From: Rebecca billardiae RCC1528
Taxonomy: Eukaryota; Protista; Haptophyta
Length of the DNA stretch: 64,000 nt
Assembly (NCBI GenBank): GCA_965240325.2
Contig: OZ251229.1
Location: 496,001-560,000, forward strand
Reading direction: 5' to 3'
Positions 48,892 through 60,000 of this stretch are shown in pieces. The notes below the pieces were generated by a model. The model was given only the letters and a program-made list of their open reading frames with translations. It searched no databases and was not told the DNA's origin. Positions within the stretch are counted from its first letter, which is position 1. The number at the start of each line of letters is the position of its first letter. The translations under genes were made by a program, and so were the position numbers.

Positions 48892-49070
48892 AAATAAATG
48901 GGCCAGCAGGGCGCCTATCGCGTGGGGAGCCGCTTCGACATCACTTCGCGCCGGAGCAGTTTGTTCTGTCTCGGACCATCCGCTCGAGGATAGCAGTCCG
49001 GTTGTACTCGATCCAGTTGCGCTCGAAGAGCGCAGCTCTGTTGGCGCGCTCATCGCGGTCGCGATGGCCA
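48892..49070 (-). pseudogene. Decayed partial duplicate of the 3' end of the gene at 52024-53310
   Basis: Aligns by eye to ~51998-52166, with several short insertions and G>A changes. Confidence 0.85.
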
Positions 49071-50164
49071 ACGAGTACTAACTAATAACTACGTACGTAT
49101 ACTACAGTACTCAGTCGTATTACTAACAGTAGTGCGATGAGTGACGTGACTCCGCCCGTCGGCGTAGCCTGTCGCGTCTCAGATCGAGTGATGATTGATG
49201 ACGGAACACACACACACATATATATATGTCTAGCCGTCCTCGTGAACGCCGACGCCAACTGCTGGCCGAAGGTGGGCATGCCGCCTGGCATGTCGATGCC
49301 GAGGCGGCTGCGTGACCGTGTGTTCCTACTCAGTGGGATTTACGTGTCGTCTGTTTGTCCGGGAGCAGCGCCCTTTGAGGCGATGGTCTGGTAGAGGGCG
49401 ATGTGGCTGATGAGCGGCGCTGGCGCCCGGCGTTCTTGTCGTCCTCTTAGACAATCAGTTATTGTACCAATAACCCCACATATATATATATATATGTGTG
49501 TGGTGTTATTGGCACAATAATCGATTGTGTCCGCTGGCGAGAAGTACGTGGCCATACCATCCGCCGCCGATCGACTTTGCCCGCCAGCGGCGTACCGGTA
49601 CATGGCGAACCAGTTGGCTCTCATCGAGGTCAATAACGCACCCTCGAACGCGCTTGCTGCAGCCGCTTGCCTCGGTACCCTACGCCTCCAGCCGAGCTGG
49701 CCCACTGCTGGTGAAGCGCTATACCTGTTCGCGCATACAGCATCATGGCGGATACAAACAGTAATCCGCCGGCCGCCATCATGCTGACAACGGAGCAGTC
49801 ACCACGAGCGCTCACCATCTCCGCCATCAAGCATCATACAAGCAGCAGAGCTCTCTTTGATTCATCAATGACTACAATTACAAACTCTCGGCGGTCGTCG
49901 TCCAGCACGCAATATTCCAGCTCATCGATTGGCTTTCGTCTACTCATCTGCTGCAGCCAGGCGACGAAGCTGCAGTATCCGCTCGCCAAAGAGGCTCGCC
50001 GAAGCTACCGCCTCGTCAGATTCGATCTCGTCGGCTTTTCACCCGCACCGGCTGCTTGGCGAGCCAGCCGAGCTCGATTTTCAGCTGCGCTGCTTTCAGC
50101 TGTGTGCAGTCTGTTTCGCTGTCGCAGCCGCTTTCGTGCCAACGCGCTCGTCGCATAAGGTCAA

Positions 50165-50166
<2 letters not shown>

Positions 50167-50209
<43 letters not shown>

Positions 50210-50229
50210 CACACTAACACACACACACT

Positions 50230-50316
<87 letters not shown>
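50167..50316. repeat. (CA)n followed by (AT)n microsatellite
   Basis: Seen directly. Confidence 0.97.
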
Positions 50317-50318
<2 letters not shown>

Positions 50319-51981
50319 CCGCGTTCCGCGGTCCTTTTTCCGTAGAACGAACGTAGTTCAGGGCCCGCGGTGGCGGTGCACCCTCCGTCGCAGTCGTCTA
50401 TTGACAGACCAGTTGCATATGCCCGTACAACTAGACTCCATCAGCGGCGCGCCGCCGCCCGCCGCGCCGGGCGGGCCCATTGCAGCCGCCGGCGCGGCGC
50501 CGATTGTGTACAGGCGGATGCGACGAGGCGTGATCGACGCATGAGCGCGACTCCACGTGCACACCAGGCCACGCGGAGCTGACAGCCAGGGAGCACGGTG
50601 CGGGGCCGCGGATTCGTTCGGGCCGCTGCTGCTGACCGCTGTCCCCGGGGTCACCCCCCGCGCCGGCAGCGCCCGGGAGTAGGGCTGGAGGAGTAGGGTC
50701 CGAGTAGGGTTCGACCAGCGCCTGCGCGACGGCCGACAGGCGGGCGCGAGGCGTGATCGACGCATGAGCGCAACTCTACGTGCACGCCAGGCCACGCGGA
50801 GCTGACAGCCCGAGGGAGCACGGTGCCGAGGTGCGAGGGCACCGGTGATCCGGTTCGCGCACTCGCCGCGCGTGCACGGGCAGCTGACACACCTCGATCA
50901 GGCTCGGCACGCGTTGCAGAGGCACGGCCAGCTCTGGGGACGTCACGCACCACCGTCGCCCGCGCAGCTCGTCCTCCTCGTAGAGTACCGTTCAGTTCCG
51001 AGGCGTAGCCCTCGCTCAGAGTCGACCGACGATGGACTCGGATCGTCGGCGCGCCTGCTCTCTCTCAATCAAGAAGAGTTCTGGGAGACCCCGGAAAGGC
51101 ATGGCAAGGGCGGCGCGTGGTGAAGTCGAAGGCTCAGAGATCGATCAGTCCGGCATCAGGCGCCGCTGCCCCCGAGCTTGCGAGAGCCCGAACACAGGGC
51201 GGCGGCTGCGGCGCCGGCTCGCGGACACGCCGGGGCCGCGCAAGGCCGCGCCGAGGCATCGACAGGGCGGCAGGGGCGGCGGGGGCGCGCGGAGTGAGCG
51301 GGGGCACGACGAACGCGATGTCGACGGCAGTCGGGACCCGCCGCAGCCGCGCGCTCCAGGCGCCATTCGCCGCGCGCACCTGCCCATCGCCGTCCTCACC
51401 CGTCGGTCCTCGAGCCTCGTGCCCGTGGCTCGCCTCCAAACGCGGGCCGCCTCTGGTGGGCCGCCGCCCGGGGCCACGCGCGCGCCCAACCAAGTCCGTT
51501 CGCGTCAGATAGTATTGAGATTCGCCGAGGTTGGCCCATCGGCTACTGACCCTTGCCTCGTCGGCTCCTGATACAGACACGGCGCGATTGAATAGTTGAT
51601 TCAACTGATTCAAGGGACGTACATGGTCACATCGGTTCGCGGCAATCTGTATCTAGATACGTCATCGCTCCTTGGACCTTGCTGCAATCTCATTGGCCGG
51701 AAAAATCGCTTGTAACGGTTCGTTACGTTAGGGATCCTAAAGGGCGTGAAGTTTTTTGGACGGGCGTCACTCCACGCTTTACTATGAACTTGCCGTGGGC
51801 GCGACCTTTTTCGGCCGTGATGCATCGGTTAGAGAGGGTCTCAAAATTCGAAACTCGGTCTCCTCCAGCCATGAAAATCGTCCCCCGTCCCTTTTTTCTT
51901 GATCAAAGATCTTTTTGAAACGTTGTTCGGGCCCGCTGGTGCGGGCTCCACGCTGCGCGCTCCGCCCTGCACCGCGGGCCA
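50316..51981. mobile_element. Helitron2/Helentron-like non-autonomous element, copy B (interior differs from copy A)
   Basis: Left end TGACCGCGTTCCGCGGTCCTTTTTCCGTAGAAC; the last ~130 bp are nearly identical to 36858-36988; 11-bp asymmetric inverted repeat GGCCCGCGGTG / CACCGCGGGCC. Confidence 0.62.
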
Positions 51982-52023
51982 TCATCCGATCGAATAAATA
52001 AATATATGGGCCAGCAGGGCGCG

Positions 52024-53310
52024 CTATCGCGTGGGGCGCCGCTTCGACGTCTTCGCGAGCAGTTTGTTCTGTCTGATCCGCTCGAGGATGGCGGTCCGGT
52101 TGTACTCGATCCAGTTGCGCTCGAAGAGCGCAGCTCTGTTCGCGCTCATCGCGGTCGCGATGGCCAGTTCTGCCTGCGATGCGCCCGGGTGGGCAGTGGC
52201 AGCGTGCTCCGCAAGCAGCTGGTGCATGTCCTTCCCCCAGAAACCGAACGAGCCATTCGGGCACCGCAGCGGCGAGGGGATCTCGGTCGGCGGGTAGGCC
52301 CTCTGCTGCTGCGGGAAGAGGCTGCGAATGAGCTTGTTGTTGAGCACGTGGTACACGCGCGACTGCTGCAGGAAGTGCGCGTCGTCCTTGTACCGCAGGC
52401 TGTTGGGCCAGCCGTAGGTCATGGCCTCCGTGATCTGGCCCGCCTCGAAGATGCCCGCGAACGGCGCGAAATGGCGCAGGGCCTCGTCATCCAGGACGGG
52501 CGCGCGGGTCGGGCGCGTCTGCCGTGTGGTGGTCTTCCACACCACGCACGGGGCTGCCTTCTGCGCTGCGCGCGCAAACTCGCCCCAGTCAAAGCCGTCC
52601 ACCGGCCACAGACCCATGTTGAGGATGAGCACGTGCGGGTGGAAGCGCTTCACCACCTCCGTCAGCACCTTCGTGACGCTCATGTCCTGCCGCACCCCCT
52701 TCAAGTCACGTATGCGCTCGATCACCTCGCCGCTCCAGTCGGGCGGCTCGGCGCCAAACTCGCCGCGCATGTGCACGTGCACGTCGTGCGTCGCGCCGTA
52801 CACGGTGATGTGGCTCACGTTCACGTTGCACGCGGGGAGATGGAAGTAGCGGTTCTCTAGGTTGACACCGCTGTAGATGGGAAACCCCGGGTGGCAGTCG
52901 CACCGCTCCTCCGGGGAGAGCTCGTAATGGGTCCCGACCATGTGCGCAGTTCGTGCGTCCGAGATCCTTTGCCAATTCGACCACGACTTGTACACGCACG
53001 GCTCGAACGGCTGGCGTCGGAACCACGAGTGGTTCTTGCCGAATTTGAGCCTGTACACGAGGTCGAGGTACTGGTACCTCGTCAGAGAGTCCCCGACGAA
53101 GAAGATGTTGGTGTCTCGCGGGATACACGGGCAGTTGCTCCCGATCTCGTCCGCGTCACAAATGCAGCACGCTTCGCCATCGCCGAGGACATGCGGCGTC
53201 GCGCGCAGCGGGGGTAGCCGGATCGGGGCGGCGCCGACCCTTGCAGCGCGCGCGCAGGCGAGCGCTATTAGAAATAGGCGACGCGGGAGCGTTTCCAGCA
53301 TGGAGGCCAT
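52024..53310 (-). CDS. SGNH / PC-esterase (TBL-like) polysaccharide O-acyltransferase or esterase
   Basis: Signal/anchor RRLFLIALACA; FFVGDSLTRYQY (GDS), LILNMGLW, VVWKTTT and DDAHF (DxxH). Confidence 0.75.
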   Translation of the reverse strand: MASMLETLPRRLFLIALACARAARVGAAPIRLPPLRATPHVLGDGEACCICDADEIGSNCPCIPRDTNIFFVGDSLTRYQYLDLVYRLKFGKNHSWFRRQPFEPCVYKSWSNWQRISDARTAHMVGTHYELSPEERCDCHPGFPIYSGVNLENRYFHLPACNVNVSHITVYGATHDVHVHMRGEFGAEPPDWSGEVIERIRDLKGVRQDMSVTKVLTEVVKRFHPHVLILNMGLWPVDGFDWGEFARAAQKAAPCVVWKTTTRQTRPTRAPVLDDEALRHFAPFAGIFEAGQITEAMTYGWPNSLRYKDDAHFLQQSRVYHVLNNKLIRSLFPQQQRAYPPTEIPSPLRCPNGSFGFWGKDMHQLLAEHAATAHPGASQAELAIATAMSANRAALFERNWIEYNRTAILERIRQNKLLAKTSKRRPTR

Positions 53311-53430
53311 TGATTCCCCGTGCTGGCGGAGGTGGCTCACCGTTCGCCCCTGTGCCTGGCCAGTGCGGCGCGGCGGCGTTCAGCCGGTACCGGACGACGT
53401 CCCTTCGCGATCTGAGATCTCAGATCGGCG

Positions 53431-54087
53431 ATGGCGGGAGCCGTCGTCCACGACGTGGAGACAAAGCTTGGGAGGGTGGCTGTCAAGGCGCTCGGGGCCG
53501 AAAGTTCGCCACCCTTCCTCGCCCTCAGTGGGTTGGGCAGGCGCGGCCATGGTCCTGACTGGGAGGCAGCGGGTGTTGTATCCCACCTGTCAACCTCGCA
53601 CCGAGTGATCCTCCCCGACCCGCACTCCAACCCGCGCACCGCGCCGTCCCTGGGCGAGTTTGCGGCAGTTCTCACGTGCACGACGCTGGGAGGGATGTGG
53701 CGGGGGCCGACGCGCGAAGAGTGGCTCTTAGACTTGCTGCCTGCTCCCACACGCGAAAAGCCAGTGGTGCTCGCTGGCCATTCTTGGGGAGGCGGTGCAG
53801 CTGCACGGCTTGCAGCCGCCCGCCCGGAGCACGTGTCCAGGCTGGTGCTCGTGTCTCCGGACGTCGAGTGGAGCGTCGCGCGCCGGTGTTGGTCGATTCC
53901 GACGCTACTGCTGTGGGCGAAAGACGATCTGATCAACCCGTACATCTGGACGTCGCGCTGGTGGGGGCATCCGAACTTGACCCACATCGCCACGCCCACA
54001 GGCGGCCACAACGTGCTACAGTCACACGCGGAGTTGATCTCGGCATGGCTCAAGGAGCAGGACGCGCGTGAGGCAAGCGATGGATGA
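53431..54087 (+). CDS. Alpha/beta hydrolase
   Basis: Nucleophile elbow GHSWGG, PTLLLWAKDD (acid) and GGHN (His). Confidence 0.88.
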   Translation: MAGAVVHDVETKLGRVAVKALGAESSPPFLALSGLGRRGHGPDWEAAGVVSHLSTSHRVILPDPHSNPRTAPSLGEFAAVLTCTTLGGMWRGPTREEWLLDLLPAPTREKPVVLAGHSWGGGAAARLAAARPEHVSRLVLVSPDVEWSVARRCWSIPTLLLWAKDDLINPYIWTSRWWGHPNLTHIATPTGGHNVLQSHAELISAWLKEQDAREASDG

Positions 54088-54999
54088 TATTAGCGTGCCA
54101 GGTGGGGCCGACGCTTGTGGCGGCAGCCGCAAGCGCCAAGCCCGTGGATACAAGAGGGCCATGCGGGTAACCTTGTCAGTCTCGGACCGTCGTCAGGCCC
54201 GCGGTCCGGTGCCTGGAGAGCCACCGCCCCGTAACGCCCCCGACGGCGCCGCCGCCGACGCTCAGCTGCTGACGAGTTCAAGACCAAGTCTCGCGCTCGA
54301 GCGGGCACGGCCGCCGGCGCCGCCGCTGGCAGTGTCAACGGGCTAGCTGGCCTCGGGGCGGGCGGTTGACACTTGACTGCTCCGTGCCAAGGCCTGACCC
54401 GCGGACGCGCCGCCCGCGCTGGCGCGCACGCTGCGGTCGCGGTCTCGCGGAGCTCGACTCATGTCTCATAACTCATCTCATCACAGACTCATGCAGTCAC
54501 ACAGCACACTCACCGCTGAGCCGTCACGGCAGGCCGCGTCACGGGCAACAGTACCCGGCCTCTACCGTGACCGGGTATTGTGACTTAAAGTACTATTAAT
54601 AAGTACAGTAAAGTACTAAGTCTTACTACTACTTGTCAAGTACTACTACGCGTCTATTCTAAGTAGTCTAACTACAGAGTACAGTCTCTGTCTACAGTGC
54701 TAGCAGCCTAGCTCTGAAGTCTGAAGCTCATCCCGGTCCGAGCAATGAATGAATAATGATCATTGACAATCGGACTCATTGGCGGACTTCAGTCTTCACT
54801 CTTCCGACGGATCGGCCATCGGGGGCTTCGGGCCGCTTCGGGGCTCACATCGGCGATGAGACAGACATCGGGTGCTGCGCGGCAATATCGTCGCGCGGTC
54901 ACTTGCTACTGATGGCCCAATGAGGAGCGAATCAAGCCTGACGACGCAGTGTCACAGTATCACCGTCAGTCAGGTCAGGTGAGCGGCGGGATCAGACGT

Positions 55000-56521
55000 T
55001 TAGTACTCCTCACCCTCCTCCTCGTCGAACTCACCCTCCTCCTCAGCGGACGCGTCCTGGTACTGCTGGTACTCGGACACGAGATCGTTGAGGTTCGACT
55101 CGGCCTCGGTGAACTCCATCTCGTCCATGCCCTCGCCCGTGTACCAGTGGAGGAACGCCTTGCGGCGGAACATGGCGGTGAACTGCTCGGAGATGCGCTT
55201 CATCACCTCCTGCATGCACGTCGAGTTGCCGACGAACGCGACGGCCATCTTGAGGCCCTTCGGCGGGATGTCGCAGATCGACGACTTGATGTTGTTCGGG
55301 ATCCACTCGACGAAGTAGGACGAGTTCTTGTTCTGCACGTTAAGCATCTGCTCGTCCACCTCCTTGGTCGACATGCGGCCGCGGAAGAGCGCCGCCGCCG
55401 TCAGGTAGCGGCCGTGGCGCGGGTCGGCGGCGGCCATCATGTTCTTTGCGTCGAACATCTGCTGCGTGAGCTCCGGCACGGTGAGCGCGCGGTACTGCTG
55501 CGAGCCACGCGACGTGAGCGGCGAGAAGCCGATCATGAAGAAGTGCAGACGCGGGAAAGGCACGAGGTTGACGCCCATCTTGCGCAGGTCGCTGTTGAGC
55601 TGGCCCGGGAAGCGCAGGCAGCACGTCGACGACGACATCACGGCGGCGACGAGGTGGTTCAGGTCGCCGAACGTCGGAGTCGTCAGCTTGAGCGTGCGGA
55701 AGCAGATGTCATACAGCGCCTCGTTGTCGAGCAGCAGGCACTCGTCCGAGTTCTCCACCAGCTGGTGCACCGAGAGCGTCGCGTTGTACGGCTCGACGAC
55801 GGTGTCCGACACCTTGGGCGACGGGAAGACAGAGTAGGTGGCCATGATGCGGTCGGGGTACTCCTCGCGGATCTTCGAGATGAGGAGTGTGCCCATGCCC
55901 GAACCCGTGCCGCCGCCCATCGAGTGCGTGATCTGGAAGCCCTGCAGGCAGTCGCACGACTCCGCCTCCTTGCGCACGACGTCGAGCACCGCGTCAATCA
56001 GCTCGGCGCCCTCCGTGTAGTGGCCCTTGGCCCAGTTGTTGCCAGCGCCCGACTGGCCGAAGACGAAGTTATCCGGGCGGAAGATCTGGCCGAACGGCCC
56101 CGAGCGCACCGAGTCCATGGTGCCCGGCTCGAGGTCCATCAGGATCGCGCGCGGCACGTACCGGCCGCCGGTCGCCTCATTGTAGTACACGTTGATGCGC
56201 TCGAGCTGGAGGTCCGAATCGCCGTGGTACGTGCCGGTCGGGTCGACACCGTGCTCATCCGAGATCACCTCCCAGAACTTTGCGCCGATCTGGTTGCCGC
56301 ACTGGCCGCCCTGGATGTGCACGATCTCACTGCGCGGCGCCGGTTGCAAGGAGCGCGCCCGCGTGGGGGGGGGCAGGCAGGTGAGCGGCGGCGAGGGAGC
56401 GAGCGGCGGCGACGGAGGGCAGTGGCCGCGCACTCGCGGAGGTGTGCGCCTGCCCGCCAAGCTCACGGCGCGCCCGCACGCGCCGCCCGAGGCTCGCGAG
56501 GCGTCGCGCAACGCACCGCAT
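55000..56521 (-). CDS. TUBB: Beta-tubulin, divergent isotype; exon 1 56521-56517 (ATGCG), exon 2 56329-55000
   Basis: Spliced [24 protein letters not shown], acidic tail; intron 56330-56516 is GT-AG. Confidence 0.97.
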
Positions 56522-57006
56522 GGTGGCTGTCGGTTGCGGAGCAGCTGAGGGCGAGGGGTAAAGCTCGAGCCGCGCGGCGAAAGCCGCGGACCACCCGGGT
56601 GCGCCGCCGCCGGTAACAGAAGCTGGCGGATTTGCCAACGAGCGCAGAACGAGGGCGGCGAGCCTTTGACCGTGCCCGATCAGTGAGCGGTGTGGTGAGC
56701 TCGCAGATGAATCTGATGCAATGTCTGATGATATGATCGAATAGCACCCCACGGGGCACGGGGCACATGCGTTCCGAGGCCCGCCCACAGAGCCGCTCGA
56801 TTTGAAAAGCGGCCGATCAGGCTTCGTCAAATACTCGCACTGGCGGCCCAACTTTGTCCGGCGAGCGGTGGAAACCGACAACGCCCAATCGGTGGGCAAC
56901 TACCGGACAACCTGCCCGGACTTTTCTCACGCGAGGCGATCGTCGGCCGCAAGCTCTTTGACGCGTCATACAGCGCCGCAGCTGCGGAGAGCTGCCTGTG
57001 GTCGCG

Positions 57007-60000
57007 ATGCCGCCAGCCGCAGCCGGACCGAGCGCGGCGGAAGTGCCCAAGGAGGAGATCGGCGCGGCGGCGTTCGTGCGCTCCAACCCGCGCTTCGACG
57101 GCCGCGGCGTCATCGTCGGCGTGTTTGACACGGGCGTCGACCCGGCGGCGCCCGGCCTGCAGACGACCACGGAAGGCAAGCCCAAGATTCTCGACCTCGT
57201 GGACTGCACGGGCTCGGGCGACGTCGATACGAGCGCGACGGCCGACCCGTCCGCCGACGGCACGCTCAAGGGGCTCACAGGCCGCACGCTCACGCTGCCG
57301 CGCTCGTGGCCGCCGATCGCGTCGGGCGAGTCGTACCACCTCGGCACCAAGTTTGCGTTCGAGCTGTACCCGCGCGGGCTCGTGACGCGCGTGAAGCAGG
57401 AGCGCAGGAAGGCGTTCGACGAGGCTCACCGCCGCGCGCTCGCCCAGGTGCAGGCCGAGCTCGCCGCCGCGGCCGCCTCGCCCGCCTCGCCCTCGCCGCC
57501 CTCGCCCTCGGTCGCCAAGCGCGCGGAGGACGAGCGCAAGGCGCGCGTCGCGCTGCTCGAGCGGATGGAGAAGGCGCACGACGACGTGGGCCCGCTGTAC
57601 GACGTGGTGGCGTACCTCGACGCCGCGGGCGTCTGGCGCGCGTGCCTCGACACCTCGGAGGCGGGCGACCTCGCGTCGTGCGCGCTGCTCGCGCCGTACC
57701 GCGCCGAGCGTCGGCACGGCACGCTGGACGCCGCCTCGCTGCTCTCGTACTCGCTCGACGTGCTGGCGGACGGCGCGCGCGTGTCGATCTGCGTGGACGC
57801 GGGCGCGCACGGCACCCACGTCGCGGGCATCATCGGCGCGCACTTCCCCGACCGCGCCGAGCTCAACGGCGTCGCGCCCGGCTGCCAGCTGATCGGCTTC
57901 AAGATTGGCGACACGCGGCTCGGCTCGATGGAGACGGGCGAGTCGCTGGTGCGCGCGCTGGGCGCGGCGCTGGAGCGCGGGTGCCACGTGGTCAACCTGA
58001 GCTACGGCGAGTACGCCCACGTGGACAACTACGGCCGCTTCACCGCGATGGCCGAGGACGCCGTGCACAAGCACGGGCTGGTGTTCGTGACGTCCGCGGG
58101 CAACAACGGGCCGGCGCTCTCGACGTGCGGCGCGCCCGGCACCTCCGAGTGCGCGATCGCCGTGGGCGCTTTCGCGTCGGCGGCGATGATGGGGCCGCAG
58201 TACTCGCTGCGCGCGCCGCTGCCCGACATCCAGTACACCTGGTCCTCCCGCGGGCCCAACGTCGACGGCGCGCTCGGCGTGAACATCTCCGCGCCCGGCG
58301 GCGCGATCGCGCCCGTGCCCAACTGGACCCTGCAGGCGCGCCAGCTGATGAACGGCACGTCGATGGCGGCGCCAAACGCGTGCGGCGGCGTGGCGCTGCT
58401 GCTCTCGGCGCTGCTCGCGCGCGGCGCCGAGTGGAACCCCGCGCTCCTCCGCCGCGCCATCGAGAACTCCGCCGCGCAGGCGCCGAACGCGACCGGCGGC
58501 GGCCTCGAGCGCTGGAGCCTCGGCGCCGGGCTGCTCGACGTGGGCGGCGCACACGAGTGGCTGCGCGCGCGCGGCGGCGGCGCGCACGCGCACGTGCGGT
58601 ACGCGGTGCGCGCGACGCTGCACGGCGTCGGCGCCGCCGCCGCCTCCGCCGCGTCGCACCTCGCCGCCACCTCCGCCGGCGGCGCCCGCGGCGTGTACCT
58701 GCGCGAGCCGCAGCACGCGTGCGCGGACACGGTCGTGGCCGACGTGCTGGTGAGCCCCACGCTGCCCGAGTCGCGGCCCAACTCCGAGAAGGTGGCGGTG
58801 GACGTGGCGGTGGCGCTGCGCCCGTCGGCGCCATGGCTCTCGTGCGCGCCGCACCTCGCGCTCACCCACGGCGGCAAGTCGTTCCAGCTCAAGCTCAACC
58901 TCAGCGCGCTGCCGCCGGGCGCGCACTACGCGCACGTCGCCGGCTTCGACTCGGAGGCTGAGGCGGACGGGCCGCTCTTCACGGTGCCGGTCACGGTGTG
59001 CAGGCCGCACGTCAACCTGCTGGCGCGCGGCGGCGGCGCGCGCGGCGGCGGCGGCGCGGCCGACTCGCCGTGCTGCGCCGAGTTCGACGCCATCCCGTTC
59101 CACCCCGGCCACATCGAGCGCCGCTTCGTCGTGCCGCCGGCGGGCGCGACCTGGGCGACCGTCCGGCTGAGCGTGCGCGCGGCGGCGCGCTCCGACGGCG
59201 GCGCCGAGCCTCGGCTCTTTGTGCTGCACACGGCGCAGCTGCTGCCGCAGGTAGCGGTGGGGAGGAGCGAGTCGGTCTCGCGCGTGCAGCTGCCGCTGCC
59301 CGCCGCGTCCGAGCCCGCCGCCGAATTCACCAAGTCCATCGCCGTCGAGGGCGGCGTCACGCTCGAGCTGTGCGTCGCGCAGTGGTGGTCGGCGCTCGGC
59401 GACGCGCTCGTCTGCGTGCGCGTCGAGTTCCACGGGCTGGTGCCTGAGAGCGCGCGCGTGCTGCTGGACGGCCGCGAGCCGTTCACGCCGCTGCGCGTGC
59501 ACGCGCCGTTCAGGCGCACGGCGCTCGAGCCGGAGGGCAGCCTGGGCACGCTGCGCCGCGCCGTGCGCCCCTCGTCCGCCAAGCTCCACCCGCCGTGCGC
59601 GCCGAGCAAGGGCTGCCCCGGCCGCGGCGACGTGTGGCCGGGCGCGCGCACGTCGTACGAGTACGTGCTGGCGTATCGCTTCAGCCTCAAGGACGCGGCC
59701 GAGGCGGTCACCGTGCGCTTCCCCGCGCTGAACGGCGCGCTGTACGACTCGCCGTACGAGGCGCAGCTGCACGCGCTCTTTGACGGGCACAGGCGCGTGC
59801 TCGCGTGGGGCGACTACTACGGCGGCACGAGCAAGGTGCCGGCGGGCGAGGCGGAGGTGCGGCTGTGCGTGCGGCACGAGTGCGCCGCCTTCCTCGAGCG
59901 GCTTCGCGCGATGCCCGCCATCCTCGAGATCAAGCTGAAGGACGCGATCAAGCTCGAGTTCGCGCACTCGCGCGCGGCGGCGCTCGGCGAGCCCGCGCTC

